64,000 nt of DNA from an uncultured Candidatus Saccharibacteria bacterium (lineage in GTDB: Bacteria > Patescibacteriota > Minisyncoccia > Phycocordibacterales > CAIRYW01): NCBI GenBank assembly GCA_964406475.1, contig CAYORS010000001.1, positions 35,881-99,880 of the forward strand. The letters are read 5' to 3'. The notes beneath the pieces are model-generated. The model searched no databases. It saw only the letters and a program-made list of their open reading frames with translations, and had not been told where the DNA came from. Both the position numbers and the translations under genes were made by a program. Shown piece after piece: positions 30,437 to 40,437 of the stretch; position 1 is the first letter of the stretch; each line of letters starts with the position of its first letter.

Positions 30437-31807
30437 ATGAAGAAGTTTATTCTATTTATATTAGGTATTATTGTTGCGTTTTTTGCGTTTATAGTGATTC
30501 GTGCTTTTTGGAATAACTCTCACACCAAAAATCCTCAAAACACTCTTACTGTGCTCAAAAATGTTTTACCCTTTTCGCCATCAGAATTTTTGGGTTCCAA
30601 AAATCCGCCTACTGGACAACAGACTAATACAAGCACAGATACTCCACCTCTTTTTATTGATGCAAGTAGTACAGAACAAAGTAGTAATGTTTCCATTATT
30701 CCTCGTATGCGTCATTACACACTTGTACCTACAGCAGGTCAAATAGTTTTGGAAAAGAACAAGGATGTGATTCGAGATAGAGTAAAAGTAAAAGAAAAAG
30801 GTTATTATGTCCGTTATGTGGATAGGGGAACAGGACACATCTTTGAAATCAAAACCGATGCACCAAACTCAACCAAAATATCAAACACTACAATACCAAA
30901 AATATACGAGGCATTTTTCTTACCAAGCGGTAATAGCCTTGTTACACGATTCCTTGATAACAGTGAACAAATCGTCACATATCTTATTGATTTGAAAGAT
31001 AAAATTGCAACATCGACACAAAAAACAGCATCAACAACAAATACGGTTGAGGCCCAGGCTCTTGCAGAAAAACAAACACTGAAAGATGTGAAGGGTGTGT
31101 ACCTGCCTATTGGTATTGACCAAATTTCACTTTCAGCAGGAGGAAAGATTGCCGAGCTTACAAAAGAAAACGAACAAGGTGTTTTGTCTCTTCTTGATAC
31201 ATCGCGTAAACCAAAAATTATGACAACCTCACCTCTTCGAGAATGGCTTATTAATTTCCAAGGTGAAAACCAAATAGTTCTTACAACAAAACCTTCAGGG
31301 CTTTTTGAAGGGTATTCATATGTTTTTGATATCAACACAAGTGGTCTCAAAAAAATCACTGGGGGTATTTTGGGGCTAACTATATTACCCAGTTTTGACA
31401 ATTCAACATACCTTATAGGAGAAGGAGGAGAGAATACCAAACTTTCAATTCTATCCAAAAAAGATAACAAATCAACATCACTTAGTATTCGAGGACTACC
31501 TGAAAAGTGTGTTTGGTCACGGAAAAATGTAACAATCTTATATTGTGCCGCACCAAACAATGTTAAAAACTCACTCTATCCAGACAATTGGTATAAAGGG
31601 AAAATATTTTTTGATGATTCTTTGTGGCAAATTGATACAAAAACAGGAAATATGAAAATACTCTCAAACTTTTCAACAGAGAGTGGGCAAGCTATTGATG
31701 CAATCAATATGGTATTATCTCCAGACGAAACATATGTCACATTTATAAACAAAATAGACCTAACCCTTTGGGGATTAGATCTTTCAAAAACCCCACAAAC
31801 TAACTAG
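30437..31807 (+). CDS. Membrane-anchored beta-propeller-like protein
   Basis: N-terminal transmembrane segment; repeated beta-strand blades; LPEKCVWS and LSPDE. Confidence 0.75.
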   Translation: MKKFILFILGIIVAFFAFIVIRAFWNNSHTKNPQNTLTVLKNVLPFSPSEFLGSKNPPTGQQTNTSTDTPPLFIDASSTEQSSNVSIIPRMRHYTLVPTAGQIVLEKNKDVIRDRVKVKEKGYYVRYVDRGTGHIFEIKTDAPNSTKISNTTIPKIYEAFFLPSGNSLVTRFLDNSEQIVTYLIDLKDKIATSTQKTASTTNTVEAQALAEKQTLKDVKGVYLPIGIDQISLSAGGKIAELTKENEQGVLSLLDTSRKPKIMTTSPLREWLINFQGENQIVLTTKPSGLFEGYSYVFDINTSGLKKITGGILGLTILPSFDNSTYLIGEGGENTKLSILSKKDNKSTSLSIRGLPEKCVWSRKNVTILYCAAPNNVKNSLYPDNWYKGKIFFDDSLWQIDTKTGNMKILSNFSTESGQAIDAINMVLSPDETYVTFINKIDLTLWGLDLSKTPQTN

Positions 31808-32262
31808 TCTTCTTTTTCTTTCAAGAAACGAATAATGAGACGACGATCTTTTCCTTCACCTACAGATTCTGTTTTGACATAAGGAGAACTCTCAAGGTGA
31901 CTGTGTACAACCATTCTTTCATATGAAGACATAGGTTCAAGTTCAACATCAATCTTAAAAGCACGAGCTCTTTCAGCCATCATTGTTGCTTTATTTTTGA
32001 GATAGTTTTCTCGATCTTTTCTTGTATTGTTAATATCAACAATCACCCTCTTTTCTTCACCATATTTTTTTGAAACAATTTTTTTTACAAGGTGTACAAA
32101 TGCTTCGAAGCGCTCGTTTTCTCGTCCTTGAAGGAATTTTTGTTCTGGAATACTTATTGCAAGCAAAAAACTATCTTTTTCAAGAGATATATCAACAACA
32201 AAATCACTTATCCCAATATGGGATATGAGAGTTTCTGTTATTTTTTTTATATCTTCTATCAT
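31804..32262 (-). CDS. jag: Jag/KhpB-like KH-R3H RNA-binding protein lacking the N-terminal Jag domain
   Basis: LEPMSSYERMVVH...TESVGEGKDRR; downstream of yidC. Confidence 0.88.
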   Translation of the reverse strand: MIEDIKKITETLISHIGISDFVVDISLEKDSFLLAISIPEQKFLQGRENERFEAFVHLVKKIVSKKYGEEKRVIVDINNTRKDRENYLKNKATMMAERARAFKIDVELEPMSSYERMVVHSHLESSPYVKTESVGEGKDRRLIIRFLKEKED

Positions 32263-32298
32263 AAACTTTAATATTAATTATCTTTCGTTCGCTGTCAA

Positions 32299-33009
32299 TT
32301 ATTTTGACTTCATTGACTTTTGAACATATATCTCCTGAAAGACAGTGAAGATGTTACGCACGGTCCAATAAAGGGGAAGTGCTCCTGGGAGATTTGTCGC
32401 AATAAGACCAACAACAAAAGGAAGTACGTACTTTATTTGCATCTGCATTGAGTGGGCGAATTCCTCTTGAATTGTTTTCTTTTTGTTCGGATCTATTTTT
32501 TGTATCTTCAGAGACATAATATGGGCTTGGATGTATTGAGTTACTCCAGCAAAAACTGCTAAAACAACACTCTTTTTACCAATATCTACAATACCCAAAA
32601 AAATCATATTGACAGTATCTGGATTTTTTACAAAAGAATACAAATACTCAGTATGAATAGTAGGTAATCCACGGAAGAAAACATAGTAGAGTGCAATCAA
32701 AATAGGAAACTGAATAAGCATAAGAAAAATAATGGAAAATGGGTTGATTTTGTATTTTTTATACAAATCCATTGTTTGTCGGGCTTGTTCTGTAGGATCT
32801 TTTGTCTTTTCTTTTATTGCCTTAAGCTCTGGCTCGATCTCTTTGAGAACTATTTGGGTTCTAATAGACTTTTTGGAAATAGAAAAAAGTATAATACTTA
32901 CAATAAGTGTAAGTAAAACAACTGCAATTCCTGCATCATGATTAGGAATAATATCAATAATATAAACAAGTCCATTGTAAAGCGGTTTGTAAAACAATGT
33001 ATTAAACAT
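32299..33009 (-). CDS. yidC: Membrane protein insertase YidC/Oxa1
   Basis: LYKKYKINPF, LIQFPILIALY and LPLYW motifs; canonical synteny. Confidence 0.93.
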   Translation of the reverse strand: MFNTLFYKPLYNGLVYIIDIIPNHDAGIAVVLLTLIVSIILFSISKKSIRTQIVLKEIEPELKAIKEKTKDPTEQARQTMDLYKKYKINPFSIIFLMLIQFPILIALYYVFFRGLPTIHTEYLYSFVKNPDTVNMIFLGIVDIGKKSVVLAVFAGVTQYIQAHIMSLKIQKIDPNKKKTIQEEFAHSMQMQIKYVLPFVVGLIATNLPGALPLYWTVRNIFTVFQEIYVQKSMKSK

Positions 33010-33052
33010 AGGTATTATTGTACACCAATACCCACTTTTCGTATACCAAGCT

Positions 33053-33373
33053 TTATATTTGTTCTAAAATATCCTTAATAGAGGGGATAAGGTCTTTAGT
33101 TTTTAGTTTTTCACACCCACTTTTTATATAAAAAACAGCAAAAATACCCTTTTTTTGATCAAAAGACCTTAAAGCTTCTTTAAAAATGCGCTTTACACGA
33201 TGTCTTGTGACACTTAATCGATAATCTCTCTTGCTTAAAATACAGGCATATTTAAAAGAGTTTGTGTCATTTTTAAGGTATTTAACATTGAAAAATAAGG
33301 AGTTTTTTGAACTCCTTATTTTTGAAATTTGACCAATCTCTTCTCGATTAAGTTGTTTTTTTCGAGAAAGCAT
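33053..33373 (-). CDS. rnpA: RNase P protein component
   Basis: SVTRHRVKR (RNR-like motif); between rpmH and yidC. Confidence 0.85.
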   Translation of the reverse strand: MLSRKKQLNREEIGQISKIRSSKNSLFFNVKYLKNDTNSFKYACILSKRDYRLSVTRHRVKRIFKEALRSFDQKKGIFAVFYIKSGCEKLKTKDLIPSIKDILEQI

Positions 33374-33379
33374 AAGAAA

Positions 33380-33517
33380 CTAGACCGTAGTAACCTTTTT
33401 TCGTCCTTTTCTTATTCTACGGAGAATCACTCTTTTACCATAAGAAGTTTTACTCCTTGCAAGGAATCCATGAACCTTTGCTCGCTTTTTCTTTTTAGGT
33501 TGATATGTAACTGACAT
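33380..33517 (-). CDS. rpmH: 50S ribosomal protein L34
   Basis: [18 protein letters not shown]...RRIRKGRK. Confidence 0.95.
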   Translation of the reverse strand: MSVTYQPKKKKRAKVHGFLARSKTSYGKRVILRRIRKGRKKVTTV

Positions 33518-33652
33518 ACTTTGTAATATATCATTGTGTGTGTTTTTTGACAAGAAGGGGACTATTTTTTGAGTTTTCCACATCTTATCAACACACTTAT
33601 TCAATGTTTTCTAGTTTTCCTGTTTTTGTGTGGTTGTATAATATACCTACTT

Positions 33653-35008
33653 ATGGAAAACAAGGACATATTGTGGAGTAGAGTTCTTTCGGATATGGAA
33701 ATATCCCTCTCAAAAGCAAATTTTGTGATGTGGTTTAAGGATACTTTTATAGTCAAAATCGATGATGGAGTTGTGTATATTGGTGTTCCCAGCGCTTTTA
33801 TAAAAGAGTGGTTCGCAAATAAATACCATAAAATGATCTTTAAGTCTCTTCGAGACACATCGGAACATATAAAAGGAATTGAATACGTTATTGTAAAATC
33901 AGAAAACAGAAAAGATATTGAAGAGAATGAGCGAAAAAAGAAGGTTAATTCTTTTGTGGGAGAACAAGAACTTCCTCTTGCAGACCTCTATATAAACAAA
34001 GATGATAATCTAAACCCCCGTTATACCTTTGAAAGTTTTGTAATTGGACCTTTCAACGAACTTGCTCATGCAGCAGCCCAGGCAATCATTAAAAAACCAG
34101 CATCGTATAACCCCCTCTTTTTTTATGGAGATACAGGGAGAGGAAAGACTCACCTTATACAAGCAATTGGTAACGAACTTAAGAAAAATGATTCGTCAAA
34201 AAGGGTTTATTATATTACATCAGACAAGTTCTATCAGGAGTTTGCAAGCTCAATGCAAGACGGAAAACTCACATCTTTTAAGGATAAATACAAAAAATAC
34301 GATGTTTTTATTATGGATGATATACAGTTTTTGTCAAAAAAAGAAAAAACACAAGAAGAACTCTTCCATCTTTTTAACTACCTAAATGACAATAACAAAC
34401 AAATAATCTTTTCTTCAGACCAGCACCCTAACTACATAAATGATTTGGAAGATCGCCTTAAATCAAGATTTGTATCTGGAATGATTGTTGATATTCCGGC
34501 ACCAGACTATGAATCTCGTGCTGCTATTATTAAAAATAAAACAAAAACAAAAGGTGTTGATCTTAATCCTGTAATAATCGACTACCTAGCAGGGAATGTA
34601 GAGACAAACATCCGAGAACTTGAGGGGATTGTTAATAATATAACATGCCAAATGGAACTTCGAGGAAGAGATTTGGACCTTGCTGAAATAAAACACCTTA
34701 TCAAAGACAGCTCAAAACCAACAAAATCTGTTTCTGTGAAAGATGTTTTGCGAGCAATTTCACAGTTTTATGACATTGAAGAAGCAGCAATAACAGACAA
34801 AACACGAAAAAAAGAAGTGGTGAAACCTCGGCAAGTTGCAATGTTTATTTTAAGAGAAGACTATAACATATCATACCCATCAATCGGTCAAAAAATGGGA
34901 GGAAGAGATCATACAACAGTTATGCATTCGTGTGAAAAAATAAAAAACGACCTCAAAGACAACAACCAACTTTCCCAGGAATTAAGTCAGATACGAGCAA
35001 TGTTATAA
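33653..35008 (+). CDS. dnaA: Chromosomal replication initiator DnaA
   Basis: LNPRYTFESFV, YNPLFFYGDTGRGKTHL, DDIQF and GGRDHTTVMH motifs. Confidence 0.98.
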   Translation: MENKDILWSRVLSDMEISLSKANFVMWFKDTFIVKIDDGVVYIGVPSAFIKEWFANKYHKMIFKSLRDTSEHIKGIEYVIVKSENRKDIEENERKKKVNSFVGEQELPLADLYINKDDNLNPRYTFESFVIGPFNELAHAAAQAIIKKPASYNPLFFYGDTGRGKTHLIQAIGNELKKNDSSKRVYYITSDKFYQEFASSMQDGKLTSFKDKYKKYDVFIMDDIQFLSKKEKTQEELFHLFNYLNDNNKQIIFSSDQHPNYINDLEDRLKSRFVSGMIVDIPAPDYESRAAIIKNKTKTKGVDLNPVIIDYLAGNVETNIRELEGIVNNITCQMELRGRDLDLAEIKHLIKDSSKPTKSVSVKDVLRAISQFYDIEEAAITDKTRKKEVVKPRQVAMFILREDYNISYPSIGQKMGGRDHTTVMHSCEKIKNDLKDNNQLSQELSQIRAML

Positions 35009-35209
35009 AACAGTGGAAATCTTGTGGAAAAGTAGATTTTAAAACCATGTTATACACACAAAAACAAAACTTAAAAAGTAATCAACAAAACATAATCAGC
35101 TTTTTCACAAAAGATATGTGGAATAAAATAACGAAAAAGATATTAAAAACAAGAGGATAAAAAAGTTTTCCACTTATACACAGAGATTAATTATAATTAA
35201 TATTTATTT
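35009..35209. promoter_or_regulatory. Probable oriC (dnaA-dnaN intergenic)
   Basis: DnaA boxes TGTGGAAAA (35023) and TTATACACA (35050, 35174), then an AT-only stretch at about 35186-35208; further boxes upstream of dnaA (33574, 33585). Confidence 0.7.
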
Positions 35210-36310
35210 ATGAAAATAGAAATAATAAAAGACAAACTCCTTGCAGCTATCACTCAAGCAGAACGTATTGCGGGAAAACACATATCACTACCTATTCTCT
35301 CTTGCGTCATAATTGAAGCAAGGGAGGGTGTTGTTAGTGTGAAGGCAACAAACCTCGATGTTGGTATAGAAATCTCTGTGGTGGCCAAAATTTTTGAAGA
35401 TGGAGTGGTTGCTCTCCAAGGTTCACTTCTTAAATCTTTTGTCTCGAGCTTAGGTAACAATAAATCCGTTTTGTTTGAAGTTAAGGAGGGTGCTTGTATT
35501 ATTTCTTCTGGATCAAGTGAGGCTTCTTTCAGAATTACTTCACCAGATGATTTTCCTGTGATACCAAGGGTTTCTGGTGACAATCCTCTTGTGATACCTT
35601 CAAAAGATTTTGTTCTAGGGCTTAGGTCTGTTGTGTGGAGTGCTGCTGTTTCATCAATCAAACCCGAGCTTTCAAGTGTTTATATTTATGAAGACGATTC
35701 GTTTCTTGTTTTTGTGGCAACAGACTCTTTCCGTCTTGCAGAGAAGAGGGTTAAAACAAAAAACATTAAAAATTTGGAACCCCTCCTTATTCCATTCAAA
35801 AACAGTCTTGAGATTGTAAGGGTTTTTGAAGATTTTGACGGTGATTTAAAAATTTTTGTTTCAAAAAACCAGCTTTCGATTTTAACAGAAAACATTCACT
35901 TGTCTTCTCGGGTGGTTGATGGTAATTTTCCTGATTACAGACAGATTATTCCAAAAGAATACGAGACAGAAGCAAATATTTTGAAGTCAGATTTTGTTTC
36001 AGCAATTAAAATTTCGGGTATTTTTGCAAATAACTTCAACCAACTCCTTCTTTCTTTTGATACTGCTAATAAAAAAATCGATCTTCTTGCAAAAAATAAT
36101 GATATTGGAGAGGGTAAACAATCCCTCAAGGCTGTTTTAAAAGGTAAAGACGTTTCTATGTCTTTCAATCACAAGTTTATCCTTGATTGTCTCCATATTA
36201 TTGAAGATGAGAATATTGTTTTAAAAATGGCTGGTGTTGGAAAGCCTATGATTATAGCCCCTGCTCATAACCCATCGTTTGTTTACTTGGTAATGTCGAT
36301 GAACAAATAA
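35210..36310 (+). CDS. dnaN: DNA polymerase III beta clamp
   Basis: ATNLD, VATDSFRLAE and GNFPDYRQIIP motifs; synteny. Confidence 0.96.
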   Translation: MKIEIIKDKLLAAITQAERIAGKHISLPILSCVIIEAREGVVSVKATNLDVGIEISVVAKIFEDGVVALQGSLLKSFVSSLGNNKSVLFEVKEGACIISSGSSEASFRITSPDDFPVIPRVSGDNPLVIPSKDFVLGLRSVVWSAAVSSIKPELSSVYIYEDDSFLVFVATDSFRLAEKRVKTKNIKNLEPLLIPFKNSLEIVRVFEDFDGDLKIFVSKNQLSILTENIHLSSRVVDGNFPDYRQIIPKEYETEANILKSDFVSAIKISGIFANNFNQLLLSFDTANKKIDLLAKNNDIGEGKQSLKAVLKGKDVSMSFNHKFILDCLHIIEDENIVLKMAGVGKPMIIAPAHNPSFVYLVMSMNK

Positions 36311-36321
36311 AGACTCGTTTT

Positions 36322-36570
36322 ATGAGAGATTTAACAAATTTTCTCGAGAAGTTTAAAAAAATAAAAGATCCCAAGTCGCACATAAGATCTGTTGTTCATA
36401 TAATACAATCTATTATAAATAAAAATATTGATATAAAAAACACTGACCTTAAAGATGGTGTTTTGTATATAAAAAACGACCCATATATAAAAATAGAAAT
36501 CTTGATGCAAAAAGAGAAGATTCTTGATGCACTTACAAAAGAAGGTTTGGGTGTGAAAGATATAAAGTAA
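36322..36570 (+). CDS. Small protein, possibly DciA/DUF721-like
   Basis: 82 aa directly after dnaN; GVLYI...IKIEILMQKEKIL pattern. Confidence 0.5.
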   Translation: MRDLTNFLEKFKKIKDPKSHIRSVVHIIQSIINKNIDIKNTDLKDGVLYIKNDPYIKIEILMQKEKILDALTKEGLGVKDIK

Positions 36571-36573
36571 GAT

Positions 36574-39069
36574 CTACTCTCCTTTGTTTGTGAGGATTAT
36601 TGAAGAACTTTGTTGTCCTTGAAGACTATCAATAACAACAGCACGAAGAGTGTTGGCACCAGAAACAAGGTCTTTTTTGTTCACAACAAAACTTGTTTCA
36701 TAAGGAGTGCTTTCTGATGTCCCTACTACAGTGTTGTTGAGAATAAAGATGACTTTTACAACAGGTGCTTCTGAGGTTATTTTTACACGAGCTGTGACGG
36801 TGTCTCCTGATTTTATTTCTGAACCACTCGAAGGGGAAGTTATTGATACATTTATATTACTTGTTTTTGCACTTTGTTTAGGGTTTGTATTTGTTTGTAT
36901 TTGTATTCCTTCCCCATCAACCCATTTCTGCACCGCATATTCCCAATTTTTGAACTGAGGGTCTCTTTCCGGATTAGAAGGTTGCTTGCCGAGTGGGTTT
37001 TGGGGATCGATATAATAAAGGATTGAGTGTACACCATTTTGTGCATCTTGCCACGCACCACGAAGCACTGGTTTTAGATCAGATGTATCTTTTTTTTCTG
37101 GTTGTTCAAAACGTTCATCAGGAAGTGTTTTTAACAGTTCGTTCATAAATTCGTGCCACATCGGAGCAACAATATAGCCTGCAACCTTTCGATCGATTGG
37201 CGTATTGTCGTTGTTACCTGCCCATGCGCCCACTGATACTTGTGGTGTGTATCCAATGACCCAAGTATCACGATAATTGTTGGTTGTTCCTGTTTTTGCG
37301 GCTACCTGTCTTCCTGGGAAATAAAGACTTGATGCTGCACCAAAAGAAGGTGTTCGAGCCACGTTATCAGAAAGAACATCAGAAAGAGTGAGTGTTGTTT
37401 GCTTATCGAAAACTTTTTCATTGTTTTCTTTCCATTCTTCAAGAGTGCGTCCGAGCTTATCTTCTATTTTCAATATTCCTGTTTCTGGTGTTTTGATTCC
37501 GTTATTTGCAAACACACTATACGCACCGGTCATTTCAAGAAGTGTTACCTCACCGCCTCCAAGTACAAGAGAAAGTCCAAACCGAGAACGATCTTTTAGT
37601 GTTGTTATTCCAAGCTTTTGAGCAAGATCAAGAACATTATCCATCCCTACAAGATAAAGAAGCTTTACTGCCGGAATGTTTATTGATTGTGCGAGTGCAT
37701 TTCGTAGTGTCATAGGACCTCTGAATTTACCATCGTAGTTACCTGGAGAATAACAAGGGTCGTTACTTGTGAGGTTTGTGGCGCTGCAACTAGGAGAGAA
37801 CTGTGTGGGTACATCAAAGAGTATTGTGTCTGGTGTGTATCCCATTTCAAAAGCTTTTGCGTACACTATTGGTTTGAAGCTTGACCCTGGCTGTCTTTTT
37901 GCAGTTGCCACATTGTAGTTACCATCAACCTCTTCGTCAAAATAATCTCGTGAACCAACCATAGTAAGAATTTGTCCTGTTTTTACATCAAGAGCAACAA
38001 GGGCCGCATTTGTGGCATGATAGAGTTTGCCGTTTTCAAGTGCTTTTCTTTTGACTATTTCTTCTGCTTTTTGTTGAAGATCATAATCAAGTGTTGTTGT
38101 TACTTTTATACCTCCTTCATTTAAGAGTTTGTCACCATACTTTTCTTCCAAATAATCTTTTATATACATAACAAAATGAGGTGCTTTGATACCGCCAGAG
38201 AGTTGTTCTTGGAATTTTACTTTTTCATTTTTTGCTTCTGTATATTCTGCTTCATTTATAAAACCAAGCTCTTTCATTTTTGCAAGGGTTAGGTTTTTTC
38301 TTGCCTCCAAATCCTCTTTATGGTTGCCAAACGGAGAGTATTTGGTGGGTGATTTTGGTATTGATGCAAGATATGCACTTTCTGCAATAGTAAGATCAAT
38401 TGATTTTTTATTGAAGTATGCTTCCGAAGCTTCTTCTATTCCATAGATTTTGCCACCATAAGGAGCCTCGTTGAGGTAGAGATTTAGAATCTGGTCTTTG
38501 GTAAGGGTCTTTTCAAGTTTAACAGCAAGAAAAACCTCTTTTATTTTTCGGGTGATTGTTTTTTCTTGGGTGAGAAGTGAGTTTTTGATTACTTGTTGTG
38601 TGATTGTTGAACCTCCTTGAGCGAAATCAAAAGAATAAATATCTGCAAGAAGGGCTCTAAAGATTGAAGATATTTTTATTCCATTGTGATTATAAAAACT
38701 ACTATCTTCTATTGCAATAGTTGCATTTTTGACATTTTGAGAAATCTGATCAAAAGGAACAACTGTTCGGCGCATATTTTTACTCAAATCATAAAGAAGT
38801 ATTTTGCCTGTTCGATCATAGATTTTTGTCGATTGACCAAGCATTCGTTGGTCGAAGGATGCAAGATCAGGTATTTCAATTGAAGAGAACCACAAAAGAA
38901 AAACACCAAAACCAAGCATACAAAGCGAAAGTCCAAAAAAAACAATTTTTTCTATGAGAACCTTTCGAGAATGTGATTTTGTTTTTTTGCCAAAAACAAG
39001 AGAAACTATATCAATAATGAATTCTTCAATAGAATAGATTATTTTTTTAATTTTTTTAAAAAATTTCAT
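36574..39069 (-). CDS. Class A penicillin-binding protein (PBP1A) with a C-terminal Ig-like domain
   Basis: Glycosyltransferase motifs EDSSFY and GGSTITQQ; transpeptidase motifs SSFK, SIN and KTGT. Confidence 0.95.
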   Translation of the reverse strand: MKFFKKIKKIIYSIEEFIIDIVSLVFGKKTKSHSRKVLIEKIVFFGLSLCMLGFGVFLLWFSSIEIPDLASFDQRMLGQSTKIYDRTGKILLYDLSKNMRRTVVPFDQISQNVKNATIAIEDSSFYNHNGIKISSIFRALLADIYSFDFAQGGSTITQQVIKNSLLTQEKTITRKIKEVFLAVKLEKTLTKDQILNLYLNEAPYGGKIYGIEEASEAYFNKKSIDLTIAESAYLASIPKSPTKYSPFGNHKEDLEARKNLTLAKMKELGFINEAEYTEAKNEKVKFQEQLSGGIKAPHFVMYIKDYLEEKYGDKLLNEGGIKVTTTLDYDLQQKAEEIVKRKALENGKLYHATNAALVALDVKTGQILTMVGSRDYFDEEVDGNYNVATAKRQPGSSFKPIVYAKAFEMGYTPDTILFDVPTQFSPSCSATNLTSNDPCYSPGNYDGKFRGPMTLRNALAQSINIPAVKLLYLVGMDNVLDLAQKLGITTLKDRSRFGLSLVLGGGEVTLLEMTGAYSVFANNGIKTPETGILKIEDKLGRTLEEWKENNEKVFDKQTTLTLSDVLSDNVARTPSFGAASSLYFPGRQVAAKTGTTNNYRDTWVIGYTPQVSVGAWAGNNDNTPIDRKVAGYIVAPMWHEFMNELLKTLPDERFEQPEKKDTSDLKPVLRGAWQDAQNGVHSILYYIDPQNPLGKQPSNPERDPQFKNWEYAVQKWVDGEGIQIQTNTNPKQSAKTSNINVSITSPSSGSEIKSGDTVTARVKITSEAPVVKVIFILNNTVVGTSESTPYETSFVVNKKDLVSGANTLRAVVIDSLQGQQSSSIILTNKGE

Positions 39070-39121
39070 TTCAAATTATGTTAGATTGGTTCTTCTATTC
39101 TAACATAAAAATGCTTATAAA

Positions 39122-39151
39122 TTAAAAAGCACACCAATGTGTGCTTTTTAA
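39122..39151 (-). terminator. Terminator after the acidic small ORF
   Basis: TTAAAAAGCACAC/GTGTGCTTTTTAA inverted repeat. Confidence 0.7.
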
Positions 39152-39152
39152 T

Positions 39153-39314
39153 TTATTCTTCAGGATCCCAATCAAGATCCATTTCATCATCCTCATCTGC
39201 GTCGTTTGCTGTTTCATCCTCTTCCTCAATATCATCATCCTCTAAATCATCATCAATTTCATCATCTGGTTCTTGAGGATCAAAAGGATCGACATCATCT
39301 TTTTCTTCATCCAT
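39153..39314 (-). CDS. 53-aa hyper-acidic protein (missing from the ORF track)
   Basis: MDEEKDDVDPFDPQEPDDEIDDDLEDDDIEEEDETANDADEDDEMDLDWDPEE; ATG to TAA with its own terminator. Confidence 0.75.
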   Translation of the reverse strand: MDEEKDDVDPFDPQEPDDEIDDDLEDDDIEEEDETANDADEDDEMDLDWDPEE

Positions 39315-39415
39315 ATTGTAAGAAATTTATTTTAAAAACTACCTAATAAATAAAAACGATAAACATATTTTTACCAAATTTATACAATAATGCAAACTGT
39401 TTTTGGTGTGGAAAA

Positions 39416-39898
39416 CTAAAGTAGGTGATTGTGAAGTGCAAAAAAAGTTATTCCTATAGCAAGAGCATCAAATTCATCATCAATTTTGATTGTTGTGGGT
39501 ATCTTTATAAGTAAAGGAATCATTTTGATAATTGCTTTTTTGTCAGCAGCACCGTTACCACATATAGCCAGCTTGATTTGTGGGGGGGAGAATTCAAAAA
39601 CTTTTAATCCATGTTTACTACACACCCCAAGAATAAGACCTCGTGCTTCAGCAACAGACATCGCGGTTTTATGGTTTGTGGTGAGGAAGAGAGTTTCAAT
39701 GGCAAGGATTTTTGGATTCCATATCTGGATTATGTTTTCAAGCTCTTTCATAATAAGCGCGAGTCTTTCGCTATGAGGGAGTGTTTTAGGTGTATGAAAA
39801 CAAACAGAAAAAAGATGTTTTTCTTTTGAACCCCCCTCTTTTTCTATAATTGCAATACCCAGTCTTTCATAACCAGGATCAATCGAAATAATTCTCAT
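39416..39898 (-). CDS. ruvC: Holliday junction resolvase RuvC
   Basis: IISIDPG, AIE, GNGAADK and DDEFDALAI motifs. Confidence 0.94.
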   Translation of the reverse strand: MRIISIDPGYERLGIAIIEKEGGSKEKHLFSVCFHTPKTLPHSERLALIMKELENIIQIWNPKILAIETLFLTTNHKTAMSVAEARGLILGVCSKHGLKVFEFSPPQIKLAICGNGAADKKAIIKMIPLLIKIPTTIKIDDEFDALAIGITFFALHNHLL

Positions 39899-39907
39899 AT
39901 ATATAGA

Positions 39908-40432
39908 TTATTGAACATTAGTAAAAACCTCTTCAACCTCATCGTTTTCTTCCAGAGAAGAAACCAAGATTTCTAAAATATGCAAATCTTCTTCTGAAAG
40001 TTCGATGGTTGCATTTGGTTCCCATCCATCGTTTGTTTTGCTGAATGCCCACACCACACTTCCTTGTGTTGCAAGTGAAAAGCCATTTTTGCTCAATATA
40101 TGACGTATTTCTTGGATTGCTTTGTTGCGATTTGATGTGGTTGATTCGATTATTAAAGCAGAACCTCCAGGACCATATGCTTCGTATGTAATATGAGAGA
40201 GATTGGAAAGATCGGGGTCTGTTGCTTTTTTGATTGCTCTTTCAATAACATCTTTTGGAACGTTTTCTTTTTTTGCATTATTAATAATTGCTTGTGATGA
40301 ATGGGAGTCTTTCCCAGATACACGAACCTCGGCACTAATAAGTCGTGCATATTTTGTAAAAATCTTACTTTTTTGTTTGTCTGTTTTTTCTTTTTGACGT
40401 TTGATTTGTGCCCATTTGTTATGTCCTGACAT
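39908..40432 (-). CDS. yebC: YebC/PmpR-family protein, short form
   Basis: MSGHNKWAQIKRQK and YEAYGPGG motifs. Confidence 0.93.
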   Translation of the reverse strand: MSGHNKWAQIKRQKEKTDKQKSKIFTKYARLISAEVRVSGKDSHSSQAIINNAKKENVPKDVIERAIKKATDPDLSNLSHITYEAYGPGGSALIIESTTSNRNKAIQEIRHILSKNGFSLATQGSVVWAFSKTNDGWEPNATIELSEEDLHILEILVSSLEENDEVEEVFTNVQ

Positions 40433-40437
40433 AGGGA

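Noticed and set aside
30814-31560. 248-aa antisense ORF and other antisense ORFs inside core genes
   Set aside because: Shadow frames of well-supported genes
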